Shown: positions 1-8,731 of the stretch, piece by piece | How the letters are laid out: every line of letters begins with the position of its first letter | How positions within the stretch are numbered: position 1 is the stretch's first letter | IMG/VR virus record: IMGVR_UViG_3300028840_001395 | Coordinates: 186,001-250,000 of that record | DNA: 64,000 bases | Strand: one strand, 5' to 3' | The notes under the pieces: generated by a model | The model's input: the letters and a program-made list of their open reading frames with translations, nothing else | What the model was told of the DNA's origin: nothing | The model's database searches: none | Made by a program: the position numbers and the translations under genes

Positions 1-48
1 GATCAGAGCGGCCACGCGCTTCATCGTCTTGAGCAGTGATTCGTCCAT
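1..48 (-). CDS. Hypothetical protein, 5' end only (MDESLLKTMKRVAALI...), runs off the window
   Basis: ATG at 48 and open frame to the window edge. Confidence 0.45.
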   Translation of the reverse strand, partial: MDESLLKTMKRVAALI

Positions 49-95
49 GATCTTCCTCGACGTAGTGGTTCTACAAGGCCATCCCTATAGGGCAA

Positions 96-890
96 TCAAG
101 GGGCAATCGCCCTGGGACTCACCTTGACCGGATCCTCACTGAGCCGAAGATGGTCAAAGATCGCCTTGATGTAGAGCCGCTTGAGCAACTTCTGGGCTCG
201 CTCGATGAAGGTGTCGTCCGACCCCCGGAACGTGATCTCGCCCTTCCGAGACAAGGTGTCCGTCCCGACCATAATCCTGTAGGCCCACTGGAAAGGCTGT
301 TCACCCATGAAGCGGTTGTGAATCCGGCCCACGACGTTACCTTCGACGGCTCCGTTGACCTTGAACAGCATCGAGACGGGCTTGGTCGTGTCGTCGGTGT
401 GGTTGAACATCCACTTGACGGTCATGTCGTCAGCCACGTAGCGGATGATCTCCTGCGGGGCCTTCCCGCACTGGCGGAGGACTTCCAACGCCCCTCGAAT
501 CATGGCGTCGTTGTGGTGTCCCTGGTAGCCGTCCGGGAACAGGTCTGCCGGATCCATCATGCCGATCAACGTCTGCTGGGCCAGTTGGGCGATGCTCTCC
601 CAGATGTAGGACAGCCAACCGATGAGGTCGGCCTCGGTACGGGGCCTGTACGCGTCGAGACGCTTCGCAGCCTCGACGTTCCAGCGCCAGCGACCACCCG
701 CCTTCCACTCGACGCGGGCGACGTGGCTGGTCAGGTCGGTGTGCAGCAGGATGAAGTGCTTGCCGACGCGGAACGCCTCCGCGCCCTCCTTGTATTGATT
801 CTTGTCGAACAGGGCGGTGCCGTCGTCTTTCTCGGCTCCAGGGAAGATGCTCCGGATGATACGACCACCCTCGTCCATTCGGATGGTCAT
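96..890 (-). CDS. Hypothetical protein (~264 aa)
   Basis: Long ORF with GC3-rich codons; start MTIRMDEGG overlaps the stop of the upstream gene. Confidence 0.75.
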   Translation of the reverse strand: MTIRMDEGGRIIRSIFPGAEKDDGTALFDKNQYKEGAEAFRVGKHFILLHTDLTSHVARVEWKAGGRWRWNVEAAKRLDAYRPRTEADLIGWLSYIWESIAQLAQQTLIGMMDPADLFPDGYQGHHNDAMIRGALEVLRQCGKAPQEIIRYVADDMTVKWMFNHTDDTTKPVSMLFKVNGAVEGNVVGRIHNRFMGEQPFQWAYRIMVGTDTLSRKGEITFRGSDDTFIERAQKLLKRLYIKAIFDHLRLSEDPVKVSPRAIAP

Positions 891-1603
891 TGCTCCGCCC
901 TCCACAGGCTGTCGAGGCGCTCGATCTCCGGCTTGGTGATCTGGCCCGTCAGGCGGCTGTTCTCCCGCTGGTCCTTGTACATATCCGCCCACTGGGGGTC
1001 GGACTCCGCCTTCTCCTCCGGGTCTGCCAGACCCTCATCTACCGCCGCCTCCATCGGGGACTGGGGACAACGCCAGCCGTTCTCATCCGTGAGCATCCAC
1101 AGGAGCTTCTGGCGCTCCTCGGGATCCTTGACGTGCTTGATGTCGGCTTCCATCAGGATTGGCCATGCTTCGCCGCAGTCGTAGCACATGTAGGGCACTG
1201 GCTTGGTGACGTGCCCGTTGGTGATGCTCCGGCACGTCCGGCGGCGTCCGCCCCGCAGCGCGAGCCAGTTGAGGATGACCCGCTCCCACTCCCACTCGGG
1301 GCCACTCACGCTGTAGTTGAAGCCGATCTTGGTCGTGCCCTTGCCGTCGTGGTAGAAGATCTCCTTCGGCCCGACACAGAGGATGCTGGACGTATCCCCC
1401 CGCTGGATGGACGCACGGACATCATCCAGGGTGCCCCCGTTGTCGAGGATATGGCCATACATGAAGTTGGTTTCGGCCCACCTCTGGAAGTGCTCGCTCT
1501 CGGCCAGGATCTCCGTCCAGGGGCGCATGTGTTCGCGCAGGAAGGCGGCGAACAGGTCGCGGGCCTTCTTCGACTTCATGGTCACAGAGATCGAGTAGCC
1601 CAT
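887..1603 (-). CDS. Hypothetical protein (238 aa)
   Basis: ORF directly downstream of a motif promoter and a GGAGG RBS. Confidence 0.8.
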   Translation of the reverse strand: MGYSISVTMKSKKARDLFAAFLREHMRPWTEILAESEHFQRWAETNFMYGHILDNGGTLDDVRASIQRGDTSSILCVGPKEIFYHDGKGTTKIGFNYSVSGPEWEWERVILNWLALRGGRRRTCRSITNGHVTKPVPYMCYDCGEAWPILMEADIKHVKDPEERQKLLWMLTDENGWRCPQSPMEAAVDEGLADPEEKAESDPQWADMYKDQRENSRLTGQITKPEIERLDSLWRAEQ

Positions 1604-1619
1604 GTGGACACCTCCACGT

Positions 1620-1648
1620 AGACTACTCCGAAGGCAGGTCCGATAAGC
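1620..1648 (-). promoter_or_regulatory. Phage motif promoter copy 1
   Basis: GCTTAT-N17-TAGTCT followed by GTGGAGG RBS and ATG. Confidence 0.8.
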
Positions 1649-1651
1649 CCC

Positions 1652-1930
1652 CTACTTGATGCCCTTGAGCGCCTCACGCGCCTGCTCCTGGCATCTCCGC
1701 AACGCCTGGATGGCGAAGGTCCCGTCACTGGCCTTGACCAGATCGTCCTCTCGGGCGATCTCCTGAAGGGCATCTCGCATCTTCTCGTACTGCCGGGCCT
1801 GAATCCAGCGGCCCATGCCCGGCTTGGCCCGTGCCTTCTGCTCCTCGGGAGTCAGCGCACCGAACTTCGCAGTCCCCCAGTTGCAGTCTGCGACCCAGTA
1901 GTTCCACAGGACTCGGAGCCAGTAGCGCAT
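1652..1930 (-). CDS. Hypothetical protein
   Basis: MRYWLRVLWNY...; coupled to the upstream gene by TGATG. Confidence 0.65.
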   Translation of the reverse strand: MRYWLRVLWNYWVADCNWGTAKFGALTPEEQKARAKPGMGRWIQARQYEKMRDALQEIAREDDLVKASDGTFAIQALRRCQEQAREALKGIK

Positions 1931-2118
1931 CACTTCACCCTGTTGGGGCCGAGCAGCTTGCCGATGAGCCTCTCGGTCTTCTCGTCCAGCGTCCCTGGCT
2001 CGTCCTCGTAGAGCAGCCCGGCCAGACCCCGGAGCAGATTCTGCTTCTCCTCGGGGGTCATCCACTTGACCCTGGCCCGGAGCCGGGCGGATGCCTTCTT
2101 CTTGGGCTTCTCGGCCAT
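1930..2118 (-). CDS. Small hypothetical protein
   Basis: MAEKPKKKASA...; TGATG coupling at both ends. Confidence 0.6.
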   Translation of the reverse strand: MAEKPKKKASARLRARVKWMTPEEKQNLLRGLAGLLYEDEPGTLDEKTERLIGKLLGPNRVK

Positions 2119-2618
2119 CAGACCTTGCCCTTCCCGGCCCGCTTGAGTTCCTCGAACTGCTCGACCGTTAGGTCGGTGTTGTCCCACCCTCTCTCCGCAC
2201 AGTAGTCCCGGATGAAGTCGGTGCGCTCCTGCTGGACTTCCTCGCGGGTCTTGAAGTGTCGGGCCTCGGGCGGGTGAGCAAGCTCCTCGTCAGTCGGGTC
2301 GGCCTCTCCACAGCCGAGCTTCATCACCTTGAGCTTCTCCGAGGTCGGCACCTCGTCCCGATGGTAGGCGAGGTAGTGGATGCAGAGGGAGTTGGTCTCC
2401 AGGCCGTTGGGGAGCACGTAGTCGCACGAGGAACTGGGGATGTCACAGCCGGTCTTGTCGCAGCCGGTGCAGCCGTGGAACCCGAGCCACTGGGTTCCCA
2501 TCTCGGCCTGGCGCAACGCTGCCGCCATCTTGCGGGTCAGGCCGTCGATCACAGGCATGTCGGACGGGGGTTGCTGGGGTTCGATGTACAGGACGTGCTG
2601 GTCGTCGGTGTTGATCAC
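2118..2618 (-). CDS. Cys/His-containing hypothetical protein
   Basis: GTG start INTDDQ...; HGCTGC and CIHYLAYHR motifs. Confidence 0.7.
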   Translation of the reverse strand: MINTDDQHVLYIEPQQPPSDMPVIDGLTRKMAAALRQAEMGTQWLGFHGCTGCDKTGCDIPSSSCDYVLPNGLETNSLCIHYLAYHRDEVPTSEKLKVMKLGCGEADPTDEELAHPPEARHFKTREEVQQERTDFIRDYCAERGWDNTDLTVEQFEELKRAGKGKV

Positions 2619-2974
2619 GGGCCACCCCCGATCCCGTCCTTCTGGCGCATCTCCTTGATGTCCACCCAGCGGACGTGCTGACCACACGCGATGCAGTTGT
2701 CGAACTCCAGCAACTGGTAGGGCGGATTCTGGTTGCGAGACACCAGGAACAGACCGTCCTCGCAGAACGGACACTCGACCTTCCAGTCCGACTCGTCCGA
2801 GATCCTCTCCTGGTTGGCGTGCCGGAGGTCGATCACGTTCTCCCCAGCCATGCGCTCCCGGACGGCCTCGTCGGACATATCCACCGGCTCCGGCCCCTGC
2901 TGGTTGGGTTCTGGCTCCACGTCGCTGTTCGCGGGCGCACCGAGGGGCCAGTCGTCGTATCCTCGACCGCTCAT
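2615..2974 (-). CDS. Zn-ribbon hypothetical protein
   Basis: CPFC...CIAC motif pair. Confidence 0.7.
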   Translation of the reverse strand: MSGRGYDDWPLGAPANSDVEPEPNQQGPEPVDMSDEAVRERMAGENVIDLRHANQERISDESDWKVECPFCEDGLFLVSRNQNPPYQLLEFDNCIACGQHVRWVDIKEMRQKDGIGGGP

Positions 2975-3342
2975 CTCCGCCTCCCCGCACCGTCCTTGCC
3001 ATAGTGCTCTACACAGAAGTCGCACTCGTTGGAGCCGCCGTAGTTCTCATCCTCCAACACCTGCTCCGTGAGCCGGTCGAACCACTTCCGAAGGGCGTGC
3101 TCGGGCTGTCGCCGGAACCGAGAGTGCTTGCCTCCCGTCATGTAGCCGTAGCCCGCGATAGACAGACCCCGCATCACGCCGAACGCTTCGGCGTAGTAGC
3201 CGTCCTGCACCCGGAAGGTGATCTTGGTCGTGTCGTCGCCCCGGTTGCGGAGACAGTCCCGGCTCGCGTGCAAGAGCATCTTGACCTCGGTCTCGACCTT
3301 CTTGACCAACCTGGGTGGAATGTCCTTGTACTTGAAGGCCAT
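2971..3342 (-). CDS. Hypothetical protein
   Basis: ORF with RBS, overlapping its neighbour; C-terminal CDFC. Confidence 0.7.
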   Translation of the reverse strand: MAFKYKDIPPRLVKKVETEVKMLLHASRDCLRNRGDDTTKITFRVQDGYYAEAFGVMRGLSIAGYGYMTGGKHSRFRRQPEHALRKWFDRLTEQVLEDENYGGSNECDFCVEHYGKDGAGRRR

Positions 3343-3345
3343 CGG

Positions 3346-3702
3346 CTACCTCCCGTGTTCCTTCTCGAAAGCATCCATCTCTTCGGGCGTCGGTGGCTTG
3401 TCCCGCCACTCGTTGAACAGCGTCGAGGGACAGCCCATCCCGATACCACCCATGTCCGCCTTGGCCTGCTCTTTCTCTCGCCCCTCGGGCATGGACTCCA
3501 GGATCTCGCACCACCACCGCTCATCGTGGTACACGAGGAACTTGCACCGACCGTAGGTAGCCCCGTGGCGGTAGCCCTCCATGCAGGGCTGCGTGTAGCA
3601 GCACCATCCGCAGCCCACACAGGGCTGGATGGGGATGCCGTCTATTGATCCAAGAGGCGCTTCGGGGGAAGGCCCTCGGAAGCCCGTGTCGTGGTCGTCC
3701 AC
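3346..3702 (-). CDS. Cys-rich protein (CxxCxxCC; YkgJ-like Fe-S/Zn candidate), start uncertain
   Basis: CVGCGWCC...C...C...C pattern; no clear ATG immediately before the Cys cluster. Confidence 0.5.
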   Translation of the reverse strand: MDDHDTGFRGPSPEAPLGSIDGIPIQPCVGCGWCCYTQPCMEGYRHGATYGRCKFLVYHDERWWCEILESMPEGREKEQAKADMGGIGMGCPSTLFNEWRDKPPTPEEMDAFEKEHGR

Positions 3703-3866
3703 AACAGGCGAGTCGGGTGCAGTGTCGGGAACCTCTCGCACAGGGCGAGCAGACGCCCCAACAGTTCCGGCTTCCAGTCCGAGGTATCCTCCGGGAATCG
3801 GTGGATGACGTTGCCCTTCTTGTTCAGGATGAGGATCTCGTCCTCGGGGAACAGCTTGTCGAGCAT
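3642..3866 (-). CDS. Small hypothetical protein
   Basis: ORF with RBS (GAGAGAAAG) and ATG. Confidence 0.5.
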   Translation of the reverse strand: MLDKLFPEDEILILNKKGNVIHRFPEDTSDWKPELLGRLLALCERFPTLHPTRLLWTTTTRASEGLPPKRLLDQ

Positions 3867-3935
3867 GGTCTTTCTCTCCCACAGCAGCCGCTCCCATAGC
3901 TGGCTGCTCTGATTCAGTTCTGCTTCAACTTCCAG

Positions 3936-4220
3936 TCAGCGTGCAGTACTAGAATCAGAGCTATCTAGAGTATCCTCCCGATCCCCGTGCCGGTCCTTGA
4001 GCACCATCTCCTGGCCTCCGATCCGCAGCGTGATGGCGTCTGCGGCCTGGAACAGGGCCATGCCGATCTTCTTGAAAGTCGCTGCGGTCGCGACATCCCT
4101 CAGATCCGTTCTCCCCTCCGGGTTCAAGTGAAGGGGGATCTCGATCACCAACATCGGCGGCTCGGGGGCGTTGGCCCCCCACTCCGCCAGCGCCTTGACG
4201 GCTTCCTCGACCTTGCTCAT
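3936..4220 (-). CDS. Hypothetical protein
   Basis: MSKVEEAVKAL...; ATGA overlap. Confidence 0.65.
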   Translation of the reverse strand: MSKVEEAVKALAEWGANAPEPPMLVIEIPLHLNPEGRTDLRDVATAATFKKIGMALFQAADAITLRIGGQEMVLKDRHGDREDTLDSSDSSTAR

Positions 4221-4681
4221 GACAACTCCCACGGCGATGCGAGAATGACCCGCTCCTCGGGGTCAAGTCCCGCTGCCAGTCCTGCGTTCCGAACCCACTC
4301 GGCCATCGCGTCGCAGCCGATGGGCGTCCCCCTTCCCCTCTCCAGGGGCTTGCAGAGGATCGTCTGGCTGTGGCGGCACAGCTCGGGCGGGATGACCACA
4401 AGCACCATCACGTCTATCGGGGGCTGTGTGTAGCCCCCACGCTCGTCCTCATGCCAGTGGGGGTCCTGGTAGCTCATCACGACGCCCTCGTACTCGGGAG
4501 TCATCGGCTTGTTCCGGTCTCGACCCTGCACCGCGCTCTCGATCAACTCCTTCTTGATCCCGAGACTCGCTATCTGGCTACGCTCAAAATCCTTCAGAGC
4601 CTCCTCGAAGCTCTTGATGAGCTTGAACTCTCCCCGCCCGTGGCTCTGGGGTCGCCCCAGGGGCCAGCCGTCAGTCTCCAT
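4217..4681 (-). CDS. Hypothetical protein
   Basis: METDGWPLG...; codon bias, operon context. Confidence 0.65.
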   Translation of the reverse strand: METDGWPLGRPQSHGRGEFKLIKSFEEALKDFERSQIASLGIKKELIESAVQGRDRNKPMTPEYEGVVMSYQDPHWHEDERGGYTQPPIDVMVLVVIPPELCRHSQTILCKPLERGRGTPIGCDAMAEWVRNAGLAAGLDPEERVILASPWELS

Positions 4682-5066
4682 CTTCCTCGTCTTCCATGCA
4701 CGGCAACCGCTGCTGCCCGACCTTCTCCAGCCCGGCGTAGTCGATGGCGTCCGGGTTGCGAACTCGCGGGTCACTCGACGGCTCGACCTTGTTGCCCTCG
4801 TCATCCGTCAAGTCCGAGACGTGAATCCAGCCCCGGTTCTTGGTCACGGCCTGGTCGTCCATCTTGTCGTCGGCGCACTTGGTGAAGCTGGCGTGAACGC
4901 TGATCTCGGCATCTTCGAGGAGGGTTCTGGAATCCTCCTTGATCGCCTCTTCGGCCAGCTTGAGTGTCGCCTTGTCGTTGCCTTGATCCTCGACCCATAC
5001 GTGCATCATCTGGATGTCCACGTCCGGGGTCACGCACACCTTCCGCATGAACTTCTTCTCGGCCAT
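4671..5066 (-). CDS. Acidic hypothetical protein
   Basis: MAEKKFMRK...; GGAGG RBS. Confidence 0.7.
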   Translation of the reverse strand: MAEKKFMRKVCVTPDVDIQMMHVWVEDQGNDKATLKLAEEAIKEDSRTLLEDAEISVHASFTKCADDKMDDQAVTKNRGWIHVSDLTDDEGNKVEPSSDPRVRNPDAIDYAGLEKVGQQRLPCMEDEEDGD

Positions 5067-5071
5067 CGCCC

Positions 5072-5305
5072 TTACCTCCGCAGGTTGGCTGCCTGGGCGA
5101 CGAGCCTGTCCGTAGCATCCTGCTTGGACTCGAACGGAAAAGAGTCCGAATGCGTCGGGATCATGTTCCACGTCGCCGCCCACTTCTTCGTCCTGGGGTG
5201 ACGGGACACGATACCGATGAACTCGCTCCCCCGGAACACGTCATGGGCCTCGACGCCCTGGGCGTCCACCTCGATGCGGAGCTTGAACGTCAACTTGCCG
5301 GGCAT
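5072..5305 (-). CDS. Small hypothetical protein
   Basis: MPGKLTFKLR...; coupled to the upstream gene. Confidence 0.6.
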   Translation of the reverse strand: MPGKLTFKLRIEVDAQGVEAHDVFRGSEFIGIVSRHPRTKKWAATWNMIPTHSDSFPFESKQDATDRLVAQAANLRR

Positions 5306-5799
5306 CACGATCTCCGAACCTCGGAGCCATCGGGCAGGATGACGATCACCTTGCGTGCCCCGCCCGGCGGCTTCTTCCCCAGCTCGCCCGCCGAATACCG
5401 CACCGTGGCCCACGTCCCACCGCCCCGCTTCTGCTTGGGTTCCTCCATCTCCTTCGGACAGGCGATGACCCACACCGACTCGTCCGCGATGTCGTGGTCA
5501 CGGGCCAGGAACTTCTTCGGAGGACGTTCCTCGACCGCGTGGCGGCACTCGGCCCGGAGGTCACGAACGAGCGGCGGGTGGAGAACCACGTCACCGCCGA
5601 AGGCCAGGACGAGCGTGTGGAACTCGGCGTCCGCACCCTCGCAGTCGCCGTGGTGACCCCGGATCGTCCGGTGGTTGAAAGGCTCGACGGAGCCGTCCGG
5701 GGAGCCGCCCGCCGCCATGCGCTGGAAGATCGCTCCCAGCGTGCGAAGCTGGGCCGCAGTGCAGCCCTGGCGAGTCCCGGTGAAACCAATGTCGATCAC
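5305..5799 (-). CDS. SLOG-superfamily (YspA/DprA-like Rossmann fold) protein
   Basis: IGFTGTRQG, HHGDCEGADAEFH, RDHDIADES and GTWATVRY segments typical of SLOG proteins. Confidence 0.7.
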   Translation of the reverse strand: MIDIGFTGTRQGCTAAQLRTLGAIFQRMAAGGSPDGSVEPFNHRTIRGHHGDCEGADAEFHTLVLAFGGDVVLHPPLVRDLRAECRHAVEERPPKKFLARDHDIADESVWVIACPKEMEEPKQKRGGGTWATVRYSAGELGKKPPGGARKVIVILPDGSEVRRS

Positions 5800-5814
5800 G
5801 CATCACCTCCACCT

Positions 5815-5843
5815 AGACTACTCTGTCGGAAGGAGAAATAAGC
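5815..5843 (-). promoter_or_regulatory. Phage motif promoter copy 2
   Basis: GCTTAT-N17-TAGTCT then AGGTGGAGG RBS. Confidence 0.8.
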
Positions 5844-5849
5844 CCCAAG

Positions 5850-6147
5850 AAATGACGAAGCCCGCGCCTGGCGAGTCTTCCGGGGGTCGGAAGAGAGCCT
5901 GCTTGCGCGGGTCTCCGTAGCACCGGCATATCCAGAGAAGTCCAGATATGCCCGGCAGTGCCCTACCGGAGGGCAGTTTGTCTCATCCGGACTGCCCTCG
6001 CACCGACCCCCAGGCGTGTACGACCTCTCGCTCTAGCCTGGGGGCCTAGAACCGTGGGCCGGGACTTGCTAGAACCAGCGACCTCCGTGCAAAAGTAAGG
6101 CACCCTTCGATGAGGTGGGGGTTGGCAGCCCTTCACCTCGTGTGCTT
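5850..6147 (-). ncRNA. Putative structured ncRNA B (~300 nt), class unknown
   Basis: No credible ORF; own TAGTAT-type promoter without RBS; chain of stems (GAGGTG/CACCTC, CCCCCAGGC/GCCTGGGGG, GAGGGCAGT/ACTGCCCTC, CATATC/GATATG, TCTTCCG/CGGAAGA, CCCGCGC/GCGCGGG) ending in TTTCTT. Confidence 0.55.
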
Positions 6148-6154
6148 GACGCCT

Positions 6155-6184
6155 ATACTACTCTGTCCTGACAGAAAAGTAAGC
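6155..6184 (-). promoter_or_regulatory. Phage motif promoter copy 3 (TAGTAT variant, no RBS)
   Basis: GCTTAC-N18-TAGTAT. Confidence 0.75.
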
Positions 6185-6186
6185 CC

Positions 6187-6461
6187 AAGAAAACGCGATG
6201 CCCGCCGTGGTGGGCCTTCACTCAGGAGGGGTTGACGACAGGGAACCGACCACGCTCACGTCGGGAGCCTGCCGCCAGGAAGCCTCCGGCGAGGGAACCT
6301 GGGCGGGCACCGAGGGATGGTTTTGTTTAGGGGGTCATCCACCCCCTCATCAAACGTCGCGCCTCATGGCGCTTTTGAGAATACAATCTTCGGCCTAGAC
6401 CCCCACCTCCATGTCCTGCGGCACCCCGCAAGGCCCCACAGGCGGTCAACCTGGTGGGGCT
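6187..6461 (-). ncRNA. Putative structured ncRNA A (~270 nt), class unknown
   Basis: No credible ORF; own TAGTAT-type promoter; stems GCCCCAC/GTGGGGC, GCGCC/GGCGC, AGGGGGT/ACCCCCT, long-range TGCCCGCC/GGCGGGCA; loop GGTTGAC complementary to distal GTCAACC. Confidence 0.55.
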
Positions 6462-6467
6462 ACACCT

Positions 6468-6497
6468 ATACTACTCTGAAACCGCTGCGATGTAAGC
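6468..6497 (-). promoter_or_regulatory. Phage motif promoter copy 4 (TAGTAT variant, no RBS)
   Basis: GCTTAC-N18-TAGTAT. Confidence 0.75.
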
Positions 6498-6609
6498 CTC
6501 TAAAGATTCTGCGACCCTCGACCGTCACAGTTGGGGCGACAATTTAGAGGCGGGTGGTTTTACTTCTATCGGCGTAGGTATTGTGACAGTGCTATGAAGG
6601 GAGCAGAAT

Positions 6610-7050
6610 ATGAATGACTACAGCATCATCGAGACGAAGCCGGTCAACGTGGCCGTCATCGTCATCTTGTTCATCTTGCTGTTGTGCTTCGCGGGAGCGT
6701 CAGCGGTCTACTACACCAAGAGCCACCTGCTCGAAGTCGAGCTGGCTCACGAGCGCAGTGAGCACTTCAAGATGACCGACAAGGTGGAATACCTGGAACG
6801 CAAGGCCGAAGCCCTCCAGCACAACTACGTTGACCTGATTCTGACTGGCTACGTCCGGGTCGGCCCGAGTGACATGCGAGACCTGGTACAGCAGGCGCAG
6901 CATCTCCGGCAGGCTTCTCGGGAGAACTACCCGACCCATGAGGGTATCGGCGGCGGCGAGGATGAACTGGTCGCGGATCAGCCCAAGAAGGTCAAGCGGA
7001 AGGGGAAGAAGTCCCGCAAGTCCAAGCGCAAGGCCTCCCGCCGCCAGTAG
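6610..7050 (+). CDS. Membrane-anchored coiled-coil protein with basic C-terminal tail
   Basis: N-terminal hydrophobic helix VAVIVILFILLLCFAGA; K/R-rich tail; lone plus-strand gene in a minus-strand block. Confidence 0.7.
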   Translation: MNDYSIIETKPVNVAVIVILFILLLCFAGASAVYYTKSHLLEVELAHERSEHFKMTDKVEYLERKAEALQHNYVDLILTGYVRVGPSDMRDLVQQAQHLRQASRENYPTHEGIGGGEDELVADQPKKVKRKGKKSRKSKRKASRRQ

Positions 7051-8039
7051 AACCCGAACTCACCTTTCCCCACCCGCAGGGTGACGCGCCCGTCAGGCCC
7101 TCTGACGACGATAGCGTGGTCGGTGACCTTCTCCCGCACTCCGGCATAGGCCAGGAGGAGTTTTCGCACTACGGGGGACATGGGGGCGATTCTCGGCGTC
7201 CTGTGGATGGAGTGGAAGTTGAACTTGAGGAACGTCCCTTGGCGCGGGTCGAGGGGCCACGCCTTGACGGGGCCAGCGCCGGACAGCTTCTCGACCAGGA
7301 TGAGCGTGGGCTTCTCGCCCTCGGCCTGGATGATCAGGTCGCCCGGCTCGGCCCGCTGAAGGGCAGCGTTGATGGAGTCCTTGCGCTTGTGGTAGGCATC
7401 GTTCTCGGCCTTGCGCTTGGCCTCCTCCTCCGCATACTTGTACTGGGCGTTGATGCGCTCGAACTCCCGACGCATCTGGAACGCAGCCAACGACACGTTC
7501 TCGCCGTCCCCCTTCGCCTGGTCGCCCCTCTTGGGGTTGTCGTACTTGACGGGCGTGAGCGAGAGCCGGACCCTCCTGAACCTGTCCTCGTAGTGGGTCT
7601 TGCTCGGCGTGCGGTAGCGGATGATGACGGTGCTGCCCTTGGGCATGTTCAGCGCAGCCGCCTCCGACGTGTTGTAGGTCGCGGCGTCGAGGTCAGCGAG
7701 AAGGCGGCGCACCTTCTTGTTGAGCGACCCGCTGGGCTTCCGCTTCCACTTGCACAGCGGGATATCCTCGATGACGTGCTTCCACGCCCCGTGGATAGTG
7801 TCCGCATCCTCACGGGCCTTCTTCCCGTACATGTAGGGATACTGCTTGCCCAGCGCCTTCCCCTTGTGGCTGTTGCGGGGCCACGCCTCGATGCGGAAGG
7901 CCTCCTTCACGTCACCCCGCGCGTCCTTCTGGATGATGCAGATCAGGTCGAGCCGACCCTCGGGCCAGAGCGCCTGGAGCGCCTCGATGACCCGGTAGTC
8001 ATCGTTGATCTTGGCGAGAGCTTCAACCAGCTTGTTCAT
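6978..8039 (-). CDS. Hypothetical protein (353 aa)
   Basis: Long ORF, codon bias, ATGA overlap upstream. Confidence 0.75.
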   Translation of the reverse strand: MNKLVEALAKINDDYRVIEALQALWPEGRLDLICIIQKDARGDVKEAFRIEAWPRNSHKGKALGKQYPYMYGKKAREDADTIHGAWKHVIEDIPLCKWKRKPSGSLNKKVRRLLADLDAATYNTSEAAALNMPKGSTVIIRYRTPSKTHYEDRFRRVRLSLTPVKYDNPKRGDQAKGDGENVSLAAFQMRREFERINAQYKYAEEEAKRKAENDAYHKRKDSINAALQRAEPGDLIIQAEGEKPTLILVEKLSGAGPVKAWPLDPRQGTFLKFNFHSIHRTPRIAPMSPVVRKLLLAYAGVREKVTDHAIVVRGPDGRVTLRVGKGEFGFYWRREALRLDLRDFFPFRLTFLG

Positions 8040-8218
8040 AGCTCCACGTCCTTCGGCTCGAAGTGCGAGCAGACCGGCTCACGGTCGTAGAAGCACTTGG
8101 CGTTGGCGCAGTCCCCGCAGCGGGCCTTCAGGAGTTCTTGAAGCTGGTTGGAGCATTCGCCCAGGACACGCCTCGCCTCGGCGGAATCGAGGCGTTCGAT
8201 CATCTCCTCGCGGGTCAT
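8036..8218 (-). CDS. Small Cys-rich hypothetical protein
   Basis: MTREEMIERL...CGDCANAKC. Confidence 0.6.
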   Translation of the reverse strand: MTREEMIERLDSAEARRVLGECSNQLQELLKARCGDCANAKCFYDREPVCSHFEPKDVEL

Positions 8219-8712
8219 CACGTCCCCTCCCAGCCTTCCCACTCCTTCGGGTCGAGGGTGGCCGGATTCGTGTTCACGACCTTCTCGGCGGGCCAGTACT
8301 CCGGCAGTTCCTCCCACTTCTTGACCCACTCCTTGACCTTCTCCAGGGGGACGCCGTGCTTGTTGCGGGCGGCGGCGACCTCGGGAGCGCACTGGATGTG
8401 GATGACCTCGGCCTGGTAGCCATAGGCCTTTGCCGCCTGGTGGTAGGGCGCAAGCTCGGACATCCGGACGTTGGTGTTGTCCACCACGACGAACTTGTCG
8501 TTGCGGTCGCCGTTGAAGTTGGCCTGGATGACCTCGATGAACTTGCGGCAGCACTTGCCGTGGGCCAGGTCGGGATCCCTGAACTCGTACTCACCGGCCT
8601 CGTTGATGAAGTAGTGATCGGCGGAGCACACCACAGCGTCCGGGAAGTGCTGCTTGCGGTAGTGACTCTTGCCAGCACCGCTGAACCCACGCATGACGAT
8701 GACTCGGAGCAT
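8218..8712 (-). CDS. P-loop kinase, AAA_33/polynucleotide-kinase-like (N4BP2/CNPase N-terminal type)
   Basis: Walker A GFSGAGKS, CSADHYF, VVVDNTN, AARNKHGVP. Confidence 0.8.
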   Translation of the reverse strand: MLRVIVMRGFSGAGKSHYRKQHFPDAVVCSADHYFINEAGEYEFRDPDLAHGKCCRKFIEVIQANFNGDRNDKFVVVDNTNVRMSELAPYHQAAKAYGYQAEVIHIQCAPEVAAARNKHGVPLEKVKEWVKKWEELPEYWPAEKVVNTNPATLDPKEWEGWEGT

Positions 8713-8731
8713 TCGGTTCCTCCGCTCTGCG

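Noticed and set aside
3346-3897. Readthrough or fusion of 3642-3866 into the Cys-rich ORF
   Set aside because: The Cys-rich frame differs from the TAG-terminated frame; only an uncertain start remains
5850-6461. RNase P, SRP or 6S RNA; ORFs 6198-6398 and 6317-6547
   Set aside because: No GAGGAAAGUCC P4 or GGAA/GGAAGCAG SRP motif; the terminal GGCTTA belongs to the promoter; the ORFs lack RBSs and codon bias
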